Positions 10,061 through 23,850 of a DNA stretch of 64,000 nucleotides are shown here, in pieces. Origin of the DNA: Mizuhopecten yessoensis (taxonomy: Eukaryota); assembly GCF_002113885.1 (NCBI RefSeq), contig NW_018408906.1, positions 1 to 64,000 on the forward strand. Direction: 5' to 3'. Position 1 is the stretch's first letter. Every line of letters begins with the position of its first letter. Both the position numbers and the translations under genes were made by a program. The notes under the pieces are model-generated. The model did no database searches. It was not told the origin of the DNA and saw only the letters and a program-made list of their open reading frames with translations.

Positions 10061-11645
10061 AACAAGAGGCCCAGAGGGCCTGTATCGCTCACCTGGATAT
10101 CTAAGCAATCATGGCAAAATATTCTCCAAATAAGATCCAAGGGAATATGCCAGACCCAATGCCAATCCTTGTAGCATATCTGTATTAGATTTTTCATGCC
10201 CAGCAATTTAATGTGTGGTTATGGGGTGGGGATCTCAACTGCTTCCAAGCTGTGACTAGGTCTCTAGGGTTGTGGTCAGACCCCAGGATCAATTCTAATA
10301 TCATGACTGCATTTGTCTCTTTATGTCCAACAATTGTATATATAGTTTTTGGGTTGGGATCTTAACCATTTCAAAGTTATGACCCAGGGGTTAAGTATCC
10401 AAGGGTGGGCAGACCCCAAGGCCATACTGGAAGCATATTTGCATTTATCTCTTTATACTCAGCAATTGTATATATGGTTATATGGTGGGGATCTCAACTG
10501 TTTCCAAGCTGTGACTAAGAAACTAGGTCCCAGGGGTTCGGTCAGATCCCGGGGTCTATTCTAATATCATGACTACATTCGTCTCTTTATGCTCAGTATT
10601 TGTATATGTAGTTTTGGGGTGGGGATCTCAACCATTTCAAAGTTATGACCCAGGGACTATGTCTCCAAGGGTGGAGCAGACCCTAGGGCCATCCTGGAAA
10701 CATCCTGGGGGTNCGACCAAATATGATCGATATCCATGGCATAGTTCTACAGAAGAGGTCGTTTATAGCAATATAGCCAAATTTCCCCCTTTTGGACCCG
10801 CGCCTCAGCCCCCTGGGGGGCCAGTCCCACCATTTGTACAATTTTGAATATCCACCACCTAGGGTTGCTTCCTGTCAAATATGGTTGATATCCATCTCTT
10901 AGTTCCAGAGAAGAAGTCGCTTAAAGCAGTATAGCCAAATAATCCTTTTCGGCCCGCCCTTCAGACCCTTGGGGGTCAGCCACACCATTTGTCCAATTAT
11001 GAATCCCTGCCTTCCATCAATACTTTTGATCAAAAATGATTGATATCCAGTGCAGAGTTCTACAGAAGAAGTTGTTTGTAGCAATATAGCCAAATTGCCC
11101 CCTTTAGGCCCCACCCCTCAGCCCCCAGGGGGTTCAGGGTCACAAAAATTACACCAGCAGACCTTCCTCCCCTAACAAGTATTTCTGTGAAATATGAGCA
11201 AACTCCGTTCAAAATTTGAAGATATGGCCTATATTGTATATTTCCTATATAAACTAAAGTTCACCCCCTCACCAGGGGCAAACGGGGGGCCTGGTAGACA
11301 TGAAAATCACAAATTTTATAAACCACCCAAACGCTTTTACAGCTATGGGTAGTATTTGATCCTGGCATTTTTGTAACTAGAGAGGAAGATTTTTGATATT
11401 TTCCCTAAATCCCCCCCCCCTTTCGGCCCCTAACTCAGCAACCAAGGGGGCCACACACCCTTATTTCATTAATCAATTGAGCCCCTGGTCCCAAGGATGC
11501 TTCATATCAAATTTAGTTAAAATCCAATCAGTCGTTCAGGAGATAAAGGCTTTTAAAGGGAAAAGTTGACGACGGACGGACGACGGACGCCGCGGTACGG
11601 CATAATTAATAAGCTTACTTGCTCTTCGGGCAGGTGAGCTAAAAA
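10061..11645 (-). mobile_element. HINE-like element, apparently full length
   Basis: AACAAGAGGCCCAGAGGGCCTGTATCGCTCACCTGG terminus; internal ~160-240 bp repeats; (GACG)n microsatellite and CAGGTGAGCTAAAAA terminus. An inverted relative lies at 25405-26198. Confidence 0.85.
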
Positions 11646-12142
11646 CAGCACCTGCATGACTCTCACCACTAACTACTAACATACAGTCCGTCGGATGGAA
11701 CTATAAATGGTGGCCCGTGTGAGAACTGTCCAATCTCGCACGAAAAAGATCCCTCTGAATTTTTCGAAAAAGAGAAGGCGCGTAAACGCCGACACAGAGA
11801 ATAGTGCAAGCTTTATTCCAAATTTTCGGCCGTTACAACTAGGGTCTCTTAATGAATACATTTAGACGGACTTCAAAATTAAATAAACAAGCCAGTTTTT
11901 TAAAAGTTAGGAGCTGGTGTTAATGTTGGCGGCTTTTCTACCTCACTTCTGGTCCAGACTTGGTGCTGCTATAAGATTAGTGTTAGAGTAGGGCAACATT
12001 AGGCCTAGGAGCCGTCTTACAAAAACTAGACTTATACATTAAATACATATAGGACAGACGGCTCCTTTCTCCTCTGTCTCCCTCTTCAATACCTTCACTC
12101 CATACTTTATCACTTCTACTCATTTTCCTTTCTTTTCTTCGT

Positions 12143-12290
12143 CTGCTGGATAACCGAACTACTCGGTAGTGAAGTGGACGTAAAACCTATCAATCAATCA
12201 ATCAGCTGACCTCGACCGAAAACCGACTTTGTAAGTGAAGTGTAGACGTAAAACCCATCAACCAACCAACCAACCAACCAACTAACCAGA
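12143..12290 (+). repeat. Two stacked retroposon-like 3' tails ending in (TCAA)n and (CCAA)n
   Basis: GTGAAGTGGACGTAAAACC+(TCAA)n followed by GTGAAGTGTAGACGTAAAACCC+(CCAA)n. Confidence 0.45.
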
Positions 12291-12384
12291 TGGCCAGTCA
12301 GATTGATACCGATCACAGTACGCTACAGACCAAGCTATAACAACGGTTGGTTTATATAGGAGCCAACTAAAGCTAGTTAATATA

Positions 12385-13700
12385 TACTGAACAAAAAAAG
12401 AAACGCACAATTAAATTATGCAATCAATAGCCTATGATATTTTGGGAAATTTGTACAAAATTTTATATCAATATGAAGAGACAAGTCTACTCTTTACAAT
12501 ACTGTAGAAGAAAAGTCTGTGTGACGTCACTCGTGTCATCATGTAGTTACTCAAAGTGGGAATCCCGCGAAAAACAAAATGACACTTCAGTACCTGGTGT
12601 GGGCACCTTTTGCACGAATCCCTGCACGGTTTCTCATATTGTCCTATGCTTTGAATTCATGAGAACATTTATTCGCCTTAAGGGAATGTTGTTCCATTTT
12701 TGTGTTAATGCTGCGATCAACTGGGCGCGGTTAGTTGGGGGTTTTGACGTTTCCTAATACGCCTGTCCAGCTCATCACACAGATGCTCAATGGGGGACAT
12801 GTCGGGGCAATATGGGGGCCATTCCAGAGGCTGAACGTTGTTTGCCGTGTGAAAATCACGACAGACTCTGGCAACATGCGCTCGAGCATTGTCTTGCTGG
12901 AAAATTAGGTTATGACGTCTGAGAAGTAGAAGGACATGTGGTTGGAGGATCTGGTCTCTGTATCTAACGGCATTGAGGTTTTGATCCAGGACCGCTAAGG
13001 GGGATTTTACTCCATGGGAGATACCTCCCCAAACCATTACAGAAGCCCCACCCAATCTCTCGCGCTCAACCACGCATGCGTCGGTGAAACGCTAACCACG
13101 ACTGCGATATACCCTTTTTCTTCCGTCTGAGCGATACAGACAGAATCTAGACTCGTCGGTGAACATCACACGCCTCCATCGACGCATCCCAAACATATTC
13201 GGGTCATGCGCAACCAGTCAAGACGCACTTGCCGCCTCCGTGGTGTCAGAGGTGGGCCGACATAAGGTCGGCGCGCAATGATTCTCTCGGCACGCAAGCG
13301 GTTCCTGGCAGTTTGAGGACTAATGGGTCTGCCATGAGTACCTAAGGTATGCGACGCAGTCTCTAAAACAGTCTTGAATCTGTTGTGCAAGTGCAACAAT
13401 CGAATCGCCCTGTTTTGTCGTGCGGTCGTTACACGCGGACGACCGCTCCTGGGACGATCGGAAACTAACCCAGCAGCACGGAAACGTGTACAGAGACGGT
13501 TAATTGTACACGGGCCAACACCAAACTGCCGTGCGACAGCAGTTTGGCTATGACCATCCATCAACATCGCAATTGCTCTACCCCTCTGAATTTGCGTTAA
13601 ACGTGGCATCTTAGTCAATGGCGAAATCAAAATGCCAACGTGGAAAAATAATGTGGCTGAACTTAGAGTATCCGTTGAGATTATTTGTTTGAAAAACTCC
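12385..13700 (-). mobile_element. Tc1/mariner DNA transposon remnant, one TIR retained
   Basis: TA followed by TACTGAACAAAAAAAGAAACGCAC (Tc1-type terminus) at 12385; matching opposite TIR not found; contains a disrupted transposase. Confidence 0.85.
12587..13609 (-). pseudogene. Tc1-family DD34E transposase pseudogene
   Basis: MPRL start and HTH (RSGRPRVTT); VMFTDESRF; VMVWGGIS; FQQDNA-34 aa-SPIEH; C-terminal HTRY-stop. Frameshifts near 13200 and 12730 and an in-frame TAG at 13092-13094. Confidence 0.92.
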
Positions 13701-13829
13701 GGCTTGGCTTGATCACGCCGAGTGATTTAGACTAAAGAAGCTCACAAAGTCACTCAATAACATCGTCACGCTTGGCTGATTTTAGGGTAGATTGTTGAGA
13801 AGAGAGATCGTTCTTGATGTAATACCTGA

Positions 13830-14004
13830 CCAAATATTCCATTATTTCCTTACAGCTAAGGTGAATAGTGTGTAGATCAGTAGGGTTTTAAAGGAAAAGT
13901 TGACGAACGTACAGACGACGGAAGACAGACGATGGATGACGGACGACGGACGCTGCGGTATGACATAAGCTCAACCACCGTCCTTTGGACCAGGTGAGCT
14001 AAAA
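13830..14004 (-). mobile_element. HINE-like terminal fragment
   Basis: GACGGACGACGGACG microsatellite followed by CATAAGCTCA...CAGGTGAGCTAAAA. Confidence 0.65.
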
Positions 14005-14029
14005 GCGATAACATTAAATGTCACATGTA

Positions 14030-15985
14030 AAATTGTTATCATCTTTGTTGACTTCATTCCAGTGTGACATCATCTAACCAATAAAACACCAGGTAGATGT
14101 GTACGTCATTAATGTGACCAGGTAGATAAACAGGTAACAGGTATATCTACCTGTATCTAACCTCTAATTGTACATTGGATGAGGGCGTTTCACCTGATAG
14201 GTTGAGAGGAGAACTGCCAAGAGATTGACTACAAAATCAGCCTACAAATCAACTTATAGTTTTAGTAATTGTTTGCTTACCTTCAAGATAAACAGTCTAC
14301 AAAACAGGCAAGCATACAATTTTCCTCCGTTATAATTGTTTTAATGTGATTTGTAGATATATACTCTACTTAAAGATAATGGAGTTGTAAGGATACAGAA
14401 AAGGGTACTGTTAGCATATAACATTTTGGAGCAGGATACATGTATTGTAAGTATTGGTATTGTGATACTTTGGAGGATACATGTATTGTAAGTATTGGTA
14501 CTGTGATACTTTGGAGGAGGATACATGTATTGCAAGTATTGGTACTGTGATACTTTGGAGGAGGATACATGTACTGTAAGTACTGGTATTGTGATACTTT
14601 GGAGGAGGATCCATGTATTGTAAGTATTGGTACTGTGATACTTTGGAGGAGGATACATGTATTGTTAGTACTGGTATTGTGATACTTTGGAGGAGGGTAC
14701 ATGTATTGTAAGTACTGGCATTGTGATACTTAGGAGGAGGGTACATGTATTGAAAGTACTGGTATTGTGATACTTTAGAGGAGGGGACATGTATTGTAAG
14801 TACTGTCTCATATTGTATATTTATAATGTATAATTTGCTATCATCTTTGTTGACCTGATTCCAGCGTGATGTTACCTAACTAATAAAACACCAGGTAGAT
14901 GTGTACATTACTGTGAACAGGTAGATAAACAGGAAACAGGAATATCTACCTGTATCTAACCTCTAACTGTACATTGGATGGGGGCTTTTCACCTGATAGG
15001 TTGAGAGGGAAACTGAAGGGTACTGTTAGCATATAACATTTTGGAGCAGGATAGATGTATTGTAAGTATTGGTATTGTGATACTTTGGAGGATACATGTA
15101 TTGTAAGTATTGGTACTGTGATACTTTGGAGGAGGATACATGTACTGTAAGTACTGGTATTGTGATACTTTGGAGGAAGATACATGTATTGTAAGTACTG
15201 GTATTGGGATACTTTGGAGGAGGGTACATGTATTGTAAGTACTGTCTCATATTGTATATTTATAATGTATAATTTGCTATCATCTTTGTTGACCTGATTC
15301 CAGCGTGATGTTACCTAACCAATAAAACACCAGGTAGATGTGTACATTAATGTGACCGGGTAGATAAACAGGTAACAGGTATATCTCCCTGTATCTAACC
15401 TCTAACTGTACATTGGATGGGGGCTTTTCACCTGATAGGTTGAGAGGGAAACTGAAGGGTACTGTTAGCATATAACATTTTGGCGCAGGTTACATGTATT
15501 GTAAGTATTGGTATTGTGATACTTTGGAGGAGGATCCATGTATTGTAAGTATTGGTACTGTGATACTTTGGACGAGGATACATGTATTGTAAGTACTGGT
15601 ACTGTGATACTTTGGAGGAGGATACATGTATTGTTAGTACTGGTATTGTGATACTTTGGAGGAGGGTACATGTATTGTAAGTACTGGCATTGTGATACTT
15701 AGGAGGAGGGTACATGTATTGAAAGTACTGGTATTGTGATACTTTAGAGGAGGGGACATGTATTGTAAGTACTGTCTCATATTGTATATTTATAATGTAT
15801 AATTTGCTATCATCTTTGTTGACCTGATTCCAGCGTGATGTTACCTAACCAATAAAACACCAGGTAGATGTGTACATTAATGTGACCAGGTAGATAAACA
15901 GGTAACAGGTATATCTACCTGTATCTAACCTCTAACTGTACATTGGATGGGGGCGTTTCACCTGATAGGTTGAGAGGGAAACTGC
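14030..15985 (+). repeat. Higher-order repeat: ~235-bp spacer alternating with 44-bp minisatellite arrays
   Basis: Arrays at ~14425-14805 (~8-9 units), ~15040-15245 (~4-5) and ~15480-15772 (~6-7). The spacer TCTCATATTG...GATAGGTTGAGAGGGAAACTG recurs after each array, with a diverged copy at 14030-14216. Confidence 0.92.
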
Positions 15986-17531
15986 TCAGACATTTTCTAC
16001 AAAACAAGAGGCCCAGGCATCTTAATAGCTCACCTGGTATTTTATTTTCAATTTTAAACCTGATGAGTACCATACAGGTTTATCAAAGGATTACAAGAAG
16101 TACAAGTTGCAAGAAGAACCACATGTTAATATGTTAGGTGGGTACGTAAGACACCAAGAGAATGAGTTTCCATGTTATGTCCCAATGAGGTAGTCTCCAG
16201 GGGTTGGTCTGGACCTCCGGGCCAATCTTTGTGGCATGCTTTCTTTACCTCCTGTCTAGAAAAATATTGTAGTTGGTTATAGGATAAAACGTATAAATTA
16301 ATATGCAATGAGAAGGATTTATCGATTCACTTCTATTTCCCCTATTATGTCACACCCCTCTGCACGCTGGGGAGCCACACACTGTTTATACAAACTTGAG
16401 TTCCACTTGCCAAAGGATGTTCTAGACCTAATTTGGTTAAAATCCTTTCAATCACTTGGAAGGTGAAGGATTTAAAATTTTAAAATATTTGTAAATGACC
16501 TTGACTCCCGCCCAAATTATATGAAATAATACAAATATACAAAATTTAGTGATAATTCTCTATTCACACAGAATTTTTTTTTTTTTTAAATATTTCTCTT
16601 TATTTCCCCTATTCGACCCCTTCCTTCTGGCCCAAATACCAACATACTCTGTTTAAAACTTTATACAAAATCCCTTTTTCCCAAATATGCTCTAGAACAA
16701 GTTTGGTTAAAATCCCTTCCTTGGTAAAAAAGGAGAAAGATTTTTCCTCTATTTCCCTTATTGGGCCTCACATGCACCTCTCTGCCCCAAAGGGGGGCCA
16801 CAGCATGTATTCATAGAACTGGAATCTTTTTACCCTCAGCATATGATCGGCCTTATGGTTATTCAGAAAAAGTCGGGAACAGATTTTAAACACATTTGAC
16901 CCCGTGACCTTCAATATAAGTCAAGGTCATTCATTTGAACAAACTTAATAGCCCCCAGATATCAAAATTTTGGGCCTTATCGTTATACATAAATGTCGTT
17001 TAAAGGTGTAAAATATATCTGACCCCTGTGACCATGAATATAATTCAAATTCATTCATTGGAATAAACTAACAAATTTAACCCATGTGACCTTGAATATA
17101 AACCAATGTCATTGATTTGAACAAACTAGGTAGCCCTTAATCCCAAAATGTTACTGGCCAAATAACAGCAGCCTGAGCCTTTTGATTATTTAGAAGAAAT
17201 CGTTTAAAGATTTTTAACATAGTTGACCCCTTTGACCTTGAATGTCAGTCAAGGTCATTCACTTAATCAAACTTGGTAGCCCTTTATGCCAGCATGTTAC
17301 TGCCAAAACATCACTACCCTTGGCCTTTTTGTTAATCACAAGAAGTTGTTTAAAAGTTGTTTTAAGATATTAGACCCTGTGGCATTGGATATTAGTCAAG
17401 GTCATTGATTTGGTATGCAGATGTAGTATGGCATTGCGATCCTTTTCTGGTGCATCTTTTGCGACTACAGGATTAGTTTCGGCACTTTATGTAACGGTCC
17501 CTGTTACGAGTAGATATTGTTATACTTTATA

Positions 17532-18547
17532 AACAAGAGGCCCAAGGGGCCTTAGCGGTCACCTGAGTTATATCATAGGTACTGGTAGCTTTATTTTATT
17601 GTTTAGATGTGATGTGGAAATCAGCATGTATACTCAGTGAAATACAATACTAATGTCATGTCATTAAAGGATAAGAATTTGAAAATATTGGTAAATGTTC
17701 CCTTTGGGGACCAACCCTAGCCCCTGGGACTGGGGCAGGAATCCCAATTTTACAATGTAGTACTCTCATTCACCAAAGATGATTCTGACTAAGTTTGAGT
17801 AATTTTCTGCTGAAAATGGATAAAATATACCCAAAAGTGTTATTTCGCTATATAAGTTATAGTAAACTTTACCCCCACCCCAAAGGGGAACAGATGAATC
17901 AGGGGTCCCGAAATTGATAATTTCAATAAAGCTCCGGATGATCTTTCCATCCATGCACTGAAATTTACTATAGTACCTCTGAGTCTGGAGAGGAAGGTTT
18001 TTGAAATATTGGTTAATTTTCCCTTTGGGGACCCGCCCTGGCCCCAGGGGTTGGGGTAGGAATCTCAAATTTACAATTTTAACCATCTTACTCCAAGGAT
18101 AATTCTCACCAAGTAAAAATAATTTCCTACAAAAAAATGTTAAAATATACCCAAAAGTGTTATTTCTCTATATAAACTATTGTAAACTTTACCCCTTTCC
18201 AAGGGAGAACGGATAGCTCGGGGTCCTGCAATTTACAATTTAAATAAAGCCCCTGATGATCTTTCTTGCCATGCAGAGAAAATGACTGTAGTACCTTCGA
18301 GTCTGGAGAAGAAGATTTTTGAAATATTGGTTAATTTTCCCTTTGGGGCCCCGCCCTGGCTACAGGAGTTGTGGTAGGAATCCCAATTTTACAATTTTGT
18401 AGCCTCATCTACCAAGGATGATTCTGACCACTGGTTCTTGAGAAGAAGTTGAAAATGTAAAAAGTTTACGCACGACGGACGACGCACAACGACGGACGGA
18501 AAGCGATTAGAATAGGTCACTTGAGCAAAGCTCAGGTGACCTAAAAA
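17532..18547 (-). mobile_element. HINE-like element (paralog of 1563-2791)
   Basis: AACAAGAGGCCCAAGGGGCCTTAGCGGTCACCTGAG ... AGGTCACTTGAGCAAAGCTCAGGTGACCTAAAAA. Confidence 0.8.
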
Positions 18548-19907
18548 GAAAGAAATATATGTACCCTTCCAGAGCAATGATTTCATATCTGCTTTAGTAA
18601 ATTCATGTTGTGTAAAAAGTTCGGGTCCTTTAATTTGTTCCTTTGGCCAAAGAAAGGTGTTCTTTGTTAGATATGGCTTACATTTTATTTTTATATAGGG
18701 TATATCTCGCACAAATTGTGTTTTGAAAACGTCTCTATGTTTAGAATATATTCAGTGGAATTCCAACAAAATCAGTTCTTCTGATTCAAAAATAAATGAA
18801 TAATAAATAAATACAGGTATTGTCATCAAAAGAAGTGGTAGTATATGTGTTAACTCTCTCACAATTTAGGTGAACAGGATTGCGTTTGAATGTGTTTAAG
18901 AAGCTAGCTGCGCATACGTTGTATGAATCGGGCAACAGTAATTTTTTTTCATCGTCTAATTGAATCTGCGAAGATATTTTTAAAACTTCTGTTGCGTATT
19001 TCAAAAGCAAATGAATAGATTGGTAGATAACTCAATCAATAGCTTCTAGGCATGTTGTACATTGAACTATTAGTCATTTGATATCATGCCATCTCATCTA
19101 TTACATGTACACTTAGGCAAATTTTAAGACGCCATCCCCGATTGAGATGGAGAGTTGGGGTGAGAAATCGTGCCGGGTGAGAAAACGTGTCACTTATGCC
19201 CATATGTTTTGCACAATTTCTCACCCTGAGAAATTGTATTGCAAACGCAGCAATTTTAGCATGATTGTGAAATCGTGTCGGGGTGAGCAATCGTGCCGTA
19301 ACAAGGTGATATCAGAAAAACTGAAAAAAAAAATGTTTTAAATTACAAGTAGTATACATACTGTTTGTATATACCAATACGCGAAAGGACTATATCGTCA
19401 AATGGTGCGATTTCATAATTTCTTTTATCACTAGGAATATAAAATAAATCGTTTACGCTGTAAAAACCAAAAAAAGCATTTATTTAATATGTACGTAAAG
19501 CAGAAATGAAACATATTTCTGACAGCAGTGACCTTCGTTTTTCAGAGGTCATATAACAGAAAGAATAGTCATACGTGCGTCAATATTCATTAATTAATTA
19601 AAAATCGAAAAACATCAATATGTATGCAAAGAAGATGTACAGAATAACAAGAGGTCCTGTGGCCTGAATAGCTCACTTGCTATGGTTTCTTACCTCCATT
19701 ATAACTCTGATAGACAGACGGATGATAATTTACTGAAAGTCTCGTCTTACTTTTTCCCTGTTAACCAATTTTAGGATTTTAAAAGGACATAATAACTCTC
19801 CAGGTCACCCTTTTGTTTATACAAAGATGACCCCGCTTAGGCAAAGGATGCTCTGAATCAAATAGGTAAAAATCCTCATACGCAAATATTAGAATTTTAA
19901 AGATATG

Positions 19908-20156
19908 CCTGTATTTCTACTACTGGGCCATGTCCCTCTGCCACCAGGAACGCCACTCTCTCCTTTATTTACCTGTATTTCTACTACTGGGCCATGCCCT
20001 ATGCCACCAGGAACGCCACTCTCTCCTTTATTTACCTGTATTTCTACTACTGGCCCATGTCCCTCTGCCACCAGGAACGCCACACTCTCCTTTATTTACC
20101 TGTATTTCTACTACTGGGCCATGCCCTCTGCCACCAGGAACGCCACTCTCTCCTTT
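19908..20156 (+). repeat. 64-bp minisatellite, ~4 copies
   Basis: Same unit as 3263-4027. Confidence 0.95.
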
Positions 20157-21117
20157 CATACAATGAGTCCCCTTGGACCAAACACGCTCGAGACAGATCC
20201 AGCTTAAAATCCCTTTACTCCACTAAAAAGTAGTATTTCAAACAACTACAATATTTCCCATATAGCATCCCATCCCTCTGCCCCAAGGAACACCACACCC
20301 TCCGTTTATAAAACACTGAATCCCTTACGACCAAAGGATGCCCTACACCAAATCAGGTTAAAATCCTGTTATCTCTTCTCTCTCTTAGTTCGAATTTTAA
20401 AGATGTTCCTGTATTTTCTCTACAGGGTTTAATTCCTCTTACCCCCATGAGGGCTACAAACAAATGCAAATGAGGTTCAAAACAAATTAGATTAAAATAC
20501 CATAACCTGTACTCAAAGAGTAGGATATTATAGAATAACCTATGTTTCTCCTCCGCTCCAAAGCAGGTTATACCTTATAACTGATAGAGTCCCCTTGGCC
20601 AAAGGATACTTCAGAAAAATTGTGGTAAAAGTCCCTCTATCCCTACTCAAGAAACAGGATTTAAGATTTTCCTGTATTTCCGCTCTAATGGGCACCACCC
20701 GTCTGCCCCCAAAAATGTAACATCCTGCCAATAAACATTGATAGAGTCCCCTTGACCAAAGGATACTCCAGACTTACTAAGGTGAAAATCCCTATACTCA
20801 AGGAATAGGATTCAAAGTGTTTATGTTATATAACCCGTACTGGGCCCCTTCCCTCTGGAGTAAACAATAAATGATATACAGTACGGAACAATGTTTGGGG
20901 TTATATAGTATAACTCGGTACGGAACAATGTTTGGGGTCTTATAGTATAACTCGTCTGTTTACCTAAACAATTCAAATTTAAGTTTAAACAGTCACATTT
21001 TGTAATCAATAGAAAATTTAATTATTATTTTTTCTTTCACAGGTACACAAAAGAAGACCTCAAGATCCTCCAGAAGTTACTTCCCTGTACACTTTTATTT
21101 CTCCCACATCCAAAACC

Positions 21118-22773
21118 ATGGCAACCAAACACAGCAGCCCCAGTCCACAAGTTCCAGTCAGGATCAAAGGCCACACAAAGTGTCTGTACCATAAGGACAA
21201 TGAGGTGGTTCTCCTCTGTCAGGACTGTGGATTACTGATCTGTACGACTTGTTCCATAACAACTCACAAAACACACATTGATAGCTTTTGTGAAATTTCG
21301 AAAATTACAAATGAACAAAAAAATACACTACTAGACTTTATGAATGAAACAGAAAACATTGAAATTCCCAAACTCAAAAATGAAATCCAATCGGCAAGGA
21401 ACGAAATTTCGACAAGTGAATCTAACTACAAAAAACTCTCTGTAAATATTAAAAAACAGCGCGATCAATGTAAACTAGATTTAGATAAAATAACGGAGGA
21501 TCATTTAGCAATATGTAACAAGATGGAGAAGGGGACCACAGACCTCCTTCGGATTCACATCACAAACCTGGAGGACAGGTTAGACACTTTAGTTAAACTC
21601 TCATCAGAGTGTAAACAGACCCTCCAGACAGGCACTGCTGTACTTGTGTATGACTCGGTATCAGAAATCCAGGACATGGACTTAGATATCCCACAGGCAC
21701 CTTACATAGACATGACAGAATTTACTCCAGATAACAACAGACAACGTCACCTGGAGCAGGCCATGGGGAAAATGAAGACTCCTACTGACCATTTTAAGGC
21801 AGGATCAGCACCTAGTGGTCACTCCGAACAAGGTCCAGTTGTGAGACCTAAACTGTCCAAATCTACAGAGACGGGTCAAGCCTCCACTGGAGCAGTCCTG
21901 TACACACTTTGTGACAGTCCAACTGTCATATCCCAGTTCTCATACCCAGGTGGTATCTCATCAATCTGTCCTACATCTAATGGACGTGCATGGCTGTGTC
22001 ATTATAAAACCAACACAGTAAAACTCATCAACAACAAAGGTAACTTTTTCTCCAACAAACCTAAAGTCATACAGAAGATACAACACAACAGTAACATCAC
22101 AGACATCAGTCTGGACCCCACCACAGGTCGTCTGTGGTTCTGTTGTAAGGCTGAGAGGTCTATCTGTGAAGTATCTACATCATCTACACCAGTCACAAGG
22201 TTTACTACAGAGGGGGACCCTAACAGTCTGTGTGTGACCAGGGAAGGTCGGGTAGTGGTGGGTACAGGAGGGAGACAGGGGTACAAGGTGGTGATGTACA
22301 CAGCAGACGGCCAGGTGTTACACACAGCCACTGTGGAGGGGTCAGGGACGGGGTCAGTACTGTCCATCGCACAGTGTGGTGTTACAGGTAACATAGCTAT
22401 AGTGAGTAGTAAACTTATCAGTGGAGACAGTAGTGATCCAAACAACTATAGGCGTCACATCACTGTGTACAACCCAACACTCCAGTTCCTGGTCCACTAC
22501 CGGGGAGAGGGGATACAGGCACGGGAGGCGATCACACCAGACAAGTTTGATCCAGTAACAGTTGTATATGACAGTAAGGGTAATATTGTTATTGCTGACT
22601 ATAGAAGGAACACAATAGAACTGATAAGTGGAGCAGGGAAGTACATAAAAACACTTCACACAAACAAAGGACAGGGACAAGTAGGTATACAGAAGGATGA
22701 TGTGTTGTGGTCATGCTTAGAGTTAGATACAGGAGAGTGGGGACTCAAACTTCTCAAGTATTACAGTGACTGA
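21118..22773 (+). CDS. B-box / coiled-coil / NHL-like beta-propeller protein (RING-less TRIM-like), copy B, 551 aa
   Basis: Ungapped alignment to copy A with ~55 amino-acid differences (~90% identity); acceptor AG at 21041-21042. Confidence 0.9.
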   Translation: MATKHSSPSPQVPVRIKGHTKCLYHKDNEVVLLCQDCGLLICTTCSITTHKTHIDSFCEISKITNEQKNTLLDFMNETENIEIPKLKNEIQSARNEISTSESNYKKLSVNIKKQRDQCKLDLDKITEDHLAICNKMEKGTTDLLRIHITNLEDRLDTLVKLSSECKQTLQTGTAVLVYDSVSEIQDMDLDIPQAPYIDMTEFTPDNNRQRHLEQAMGKMKTPTDHFKAGSAPSGHSEQGPVVRPKLSKSTETGQASTGAVLYTLCDSPTVISQFSYPGGISSICPTSNGRAWLCHYKTNTVKLINNKGNFFSNKPKVIQKIQHNSNITDISLDPTTGRLWFCCKAERSICEVSTSSTPVTRFTTEGDPNSLCVTREGRVVVGTGGRQGYKVVMYTADGQVLHTATVEGSGTGSVLSIAQCGVTGNIAIVSSKLISGDSSDPNNYRRHITVYNPTLQFLVHYRGEGIQAREAITPDKFDPVTVVYDSKGNIVIADYRRNTIELISGAGKYIKTLHTNKGQGQVGIQKDDVLWSCLELDTGEWGLKLLKYYSD

Positions 22774-23850
22774 GGAGTGACTAAACCTGGAGTAATGCTA
22801 CAGACAAATTATACCAAATAAATACAAAAAGACGTTAATTTTAACATTAAACTTTGACCTTTGTTATTATGATCTTATACACTTGATCAACACTTATACA
22901 GACTAACAATATCATGTTTGAGGAATTAATGTGAACATGTCACAGGTTTATTGTTTTTGTAAATAGTTTCTGTTACAACTTCTGTTTAGAAGTGTTGTTT
23001 CAAAATAATGTCATCATTAATTTTAACAAACAGCCATGCCGGAACATCAGGTTCATTTATTTTGGTATGAAATATGTTCTTTTCAACCTTCAAGAAAAAT
23101 GTCATTGATTTCTAAAACCTGCAATGAAATCTGAAATCAGCGTCTCTGTACTAATGACTTGTTTTTTAGGTGTATAACCTGACTTCCCTTATATCCTCAA
23201 GTAGACTGTTCTAAAAACCTGATCTACCCATAAATATTGGGCATGGACCTTGTGTACATATCGAAGGACATCAAAAACAGTAAATCTGCTATGCTGAACT
23301 AGCCAGTAGTGAAGTGGGGATAAACCACTCAAACAAACAGAAACATCACTGATTGTGTCACTAACACAGTTCCAATATACAAGTATTGTCATCATTCATT
23401 GTTACAAATCAGCTCTTCCCAAACATCAGGTCTGTAATATGTTCTTTTCAGTATTCAAAAACAAGGTCATTGATTTCAAAAACCTGCAATGAAATCTGAA
23501 ACCAGCGTCTCTGACTTAAATTGACCTGTTCTCTAGGTGTAAAACCTGACTTCCCTTATACCACACCTAAAGTGACCTAGGATTGAGGTTTTAATTTCGT
23601 TGTTACATGATGAGATGGAGATTTTCATTGGACAGATAAATGAAATGTTTGCTGTGAGTGTGTATGAGTCAGAATCTCTGAACGTGTTGTTAAATGTGTC
23701 ACCTAAGCACTTGGATATGTTTGGTCTGAAAGTTAAGAAGATGTTTGGTCTGAAAGTTAAGAAGATGCCTCACAAATATCAGTAAAGAAATTATTATGTA
23801 TGCCATGCAAGTTGTGTGACAGTGAGTGACCACAAAGATGTTTAATGTTG

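Larger units (their letters stand above)
15690..23410 (+). repeat. Segmental duplication, copy B
   Basis: Colinear with 1-7330; has extra segments ~15980-16260 and ~18697-19513 and a shorter 64-bp VNTR. Confidence 0.95.

Noticed and set aside
14030-15985. Repeat-spacer alternation resembling CRISPR, and the YPPPKYH ORFs
   Set aside because: Spacers are copies of each other, the context is eukaryotic and there are no cas genes; the ORFs are minisatellite translations.
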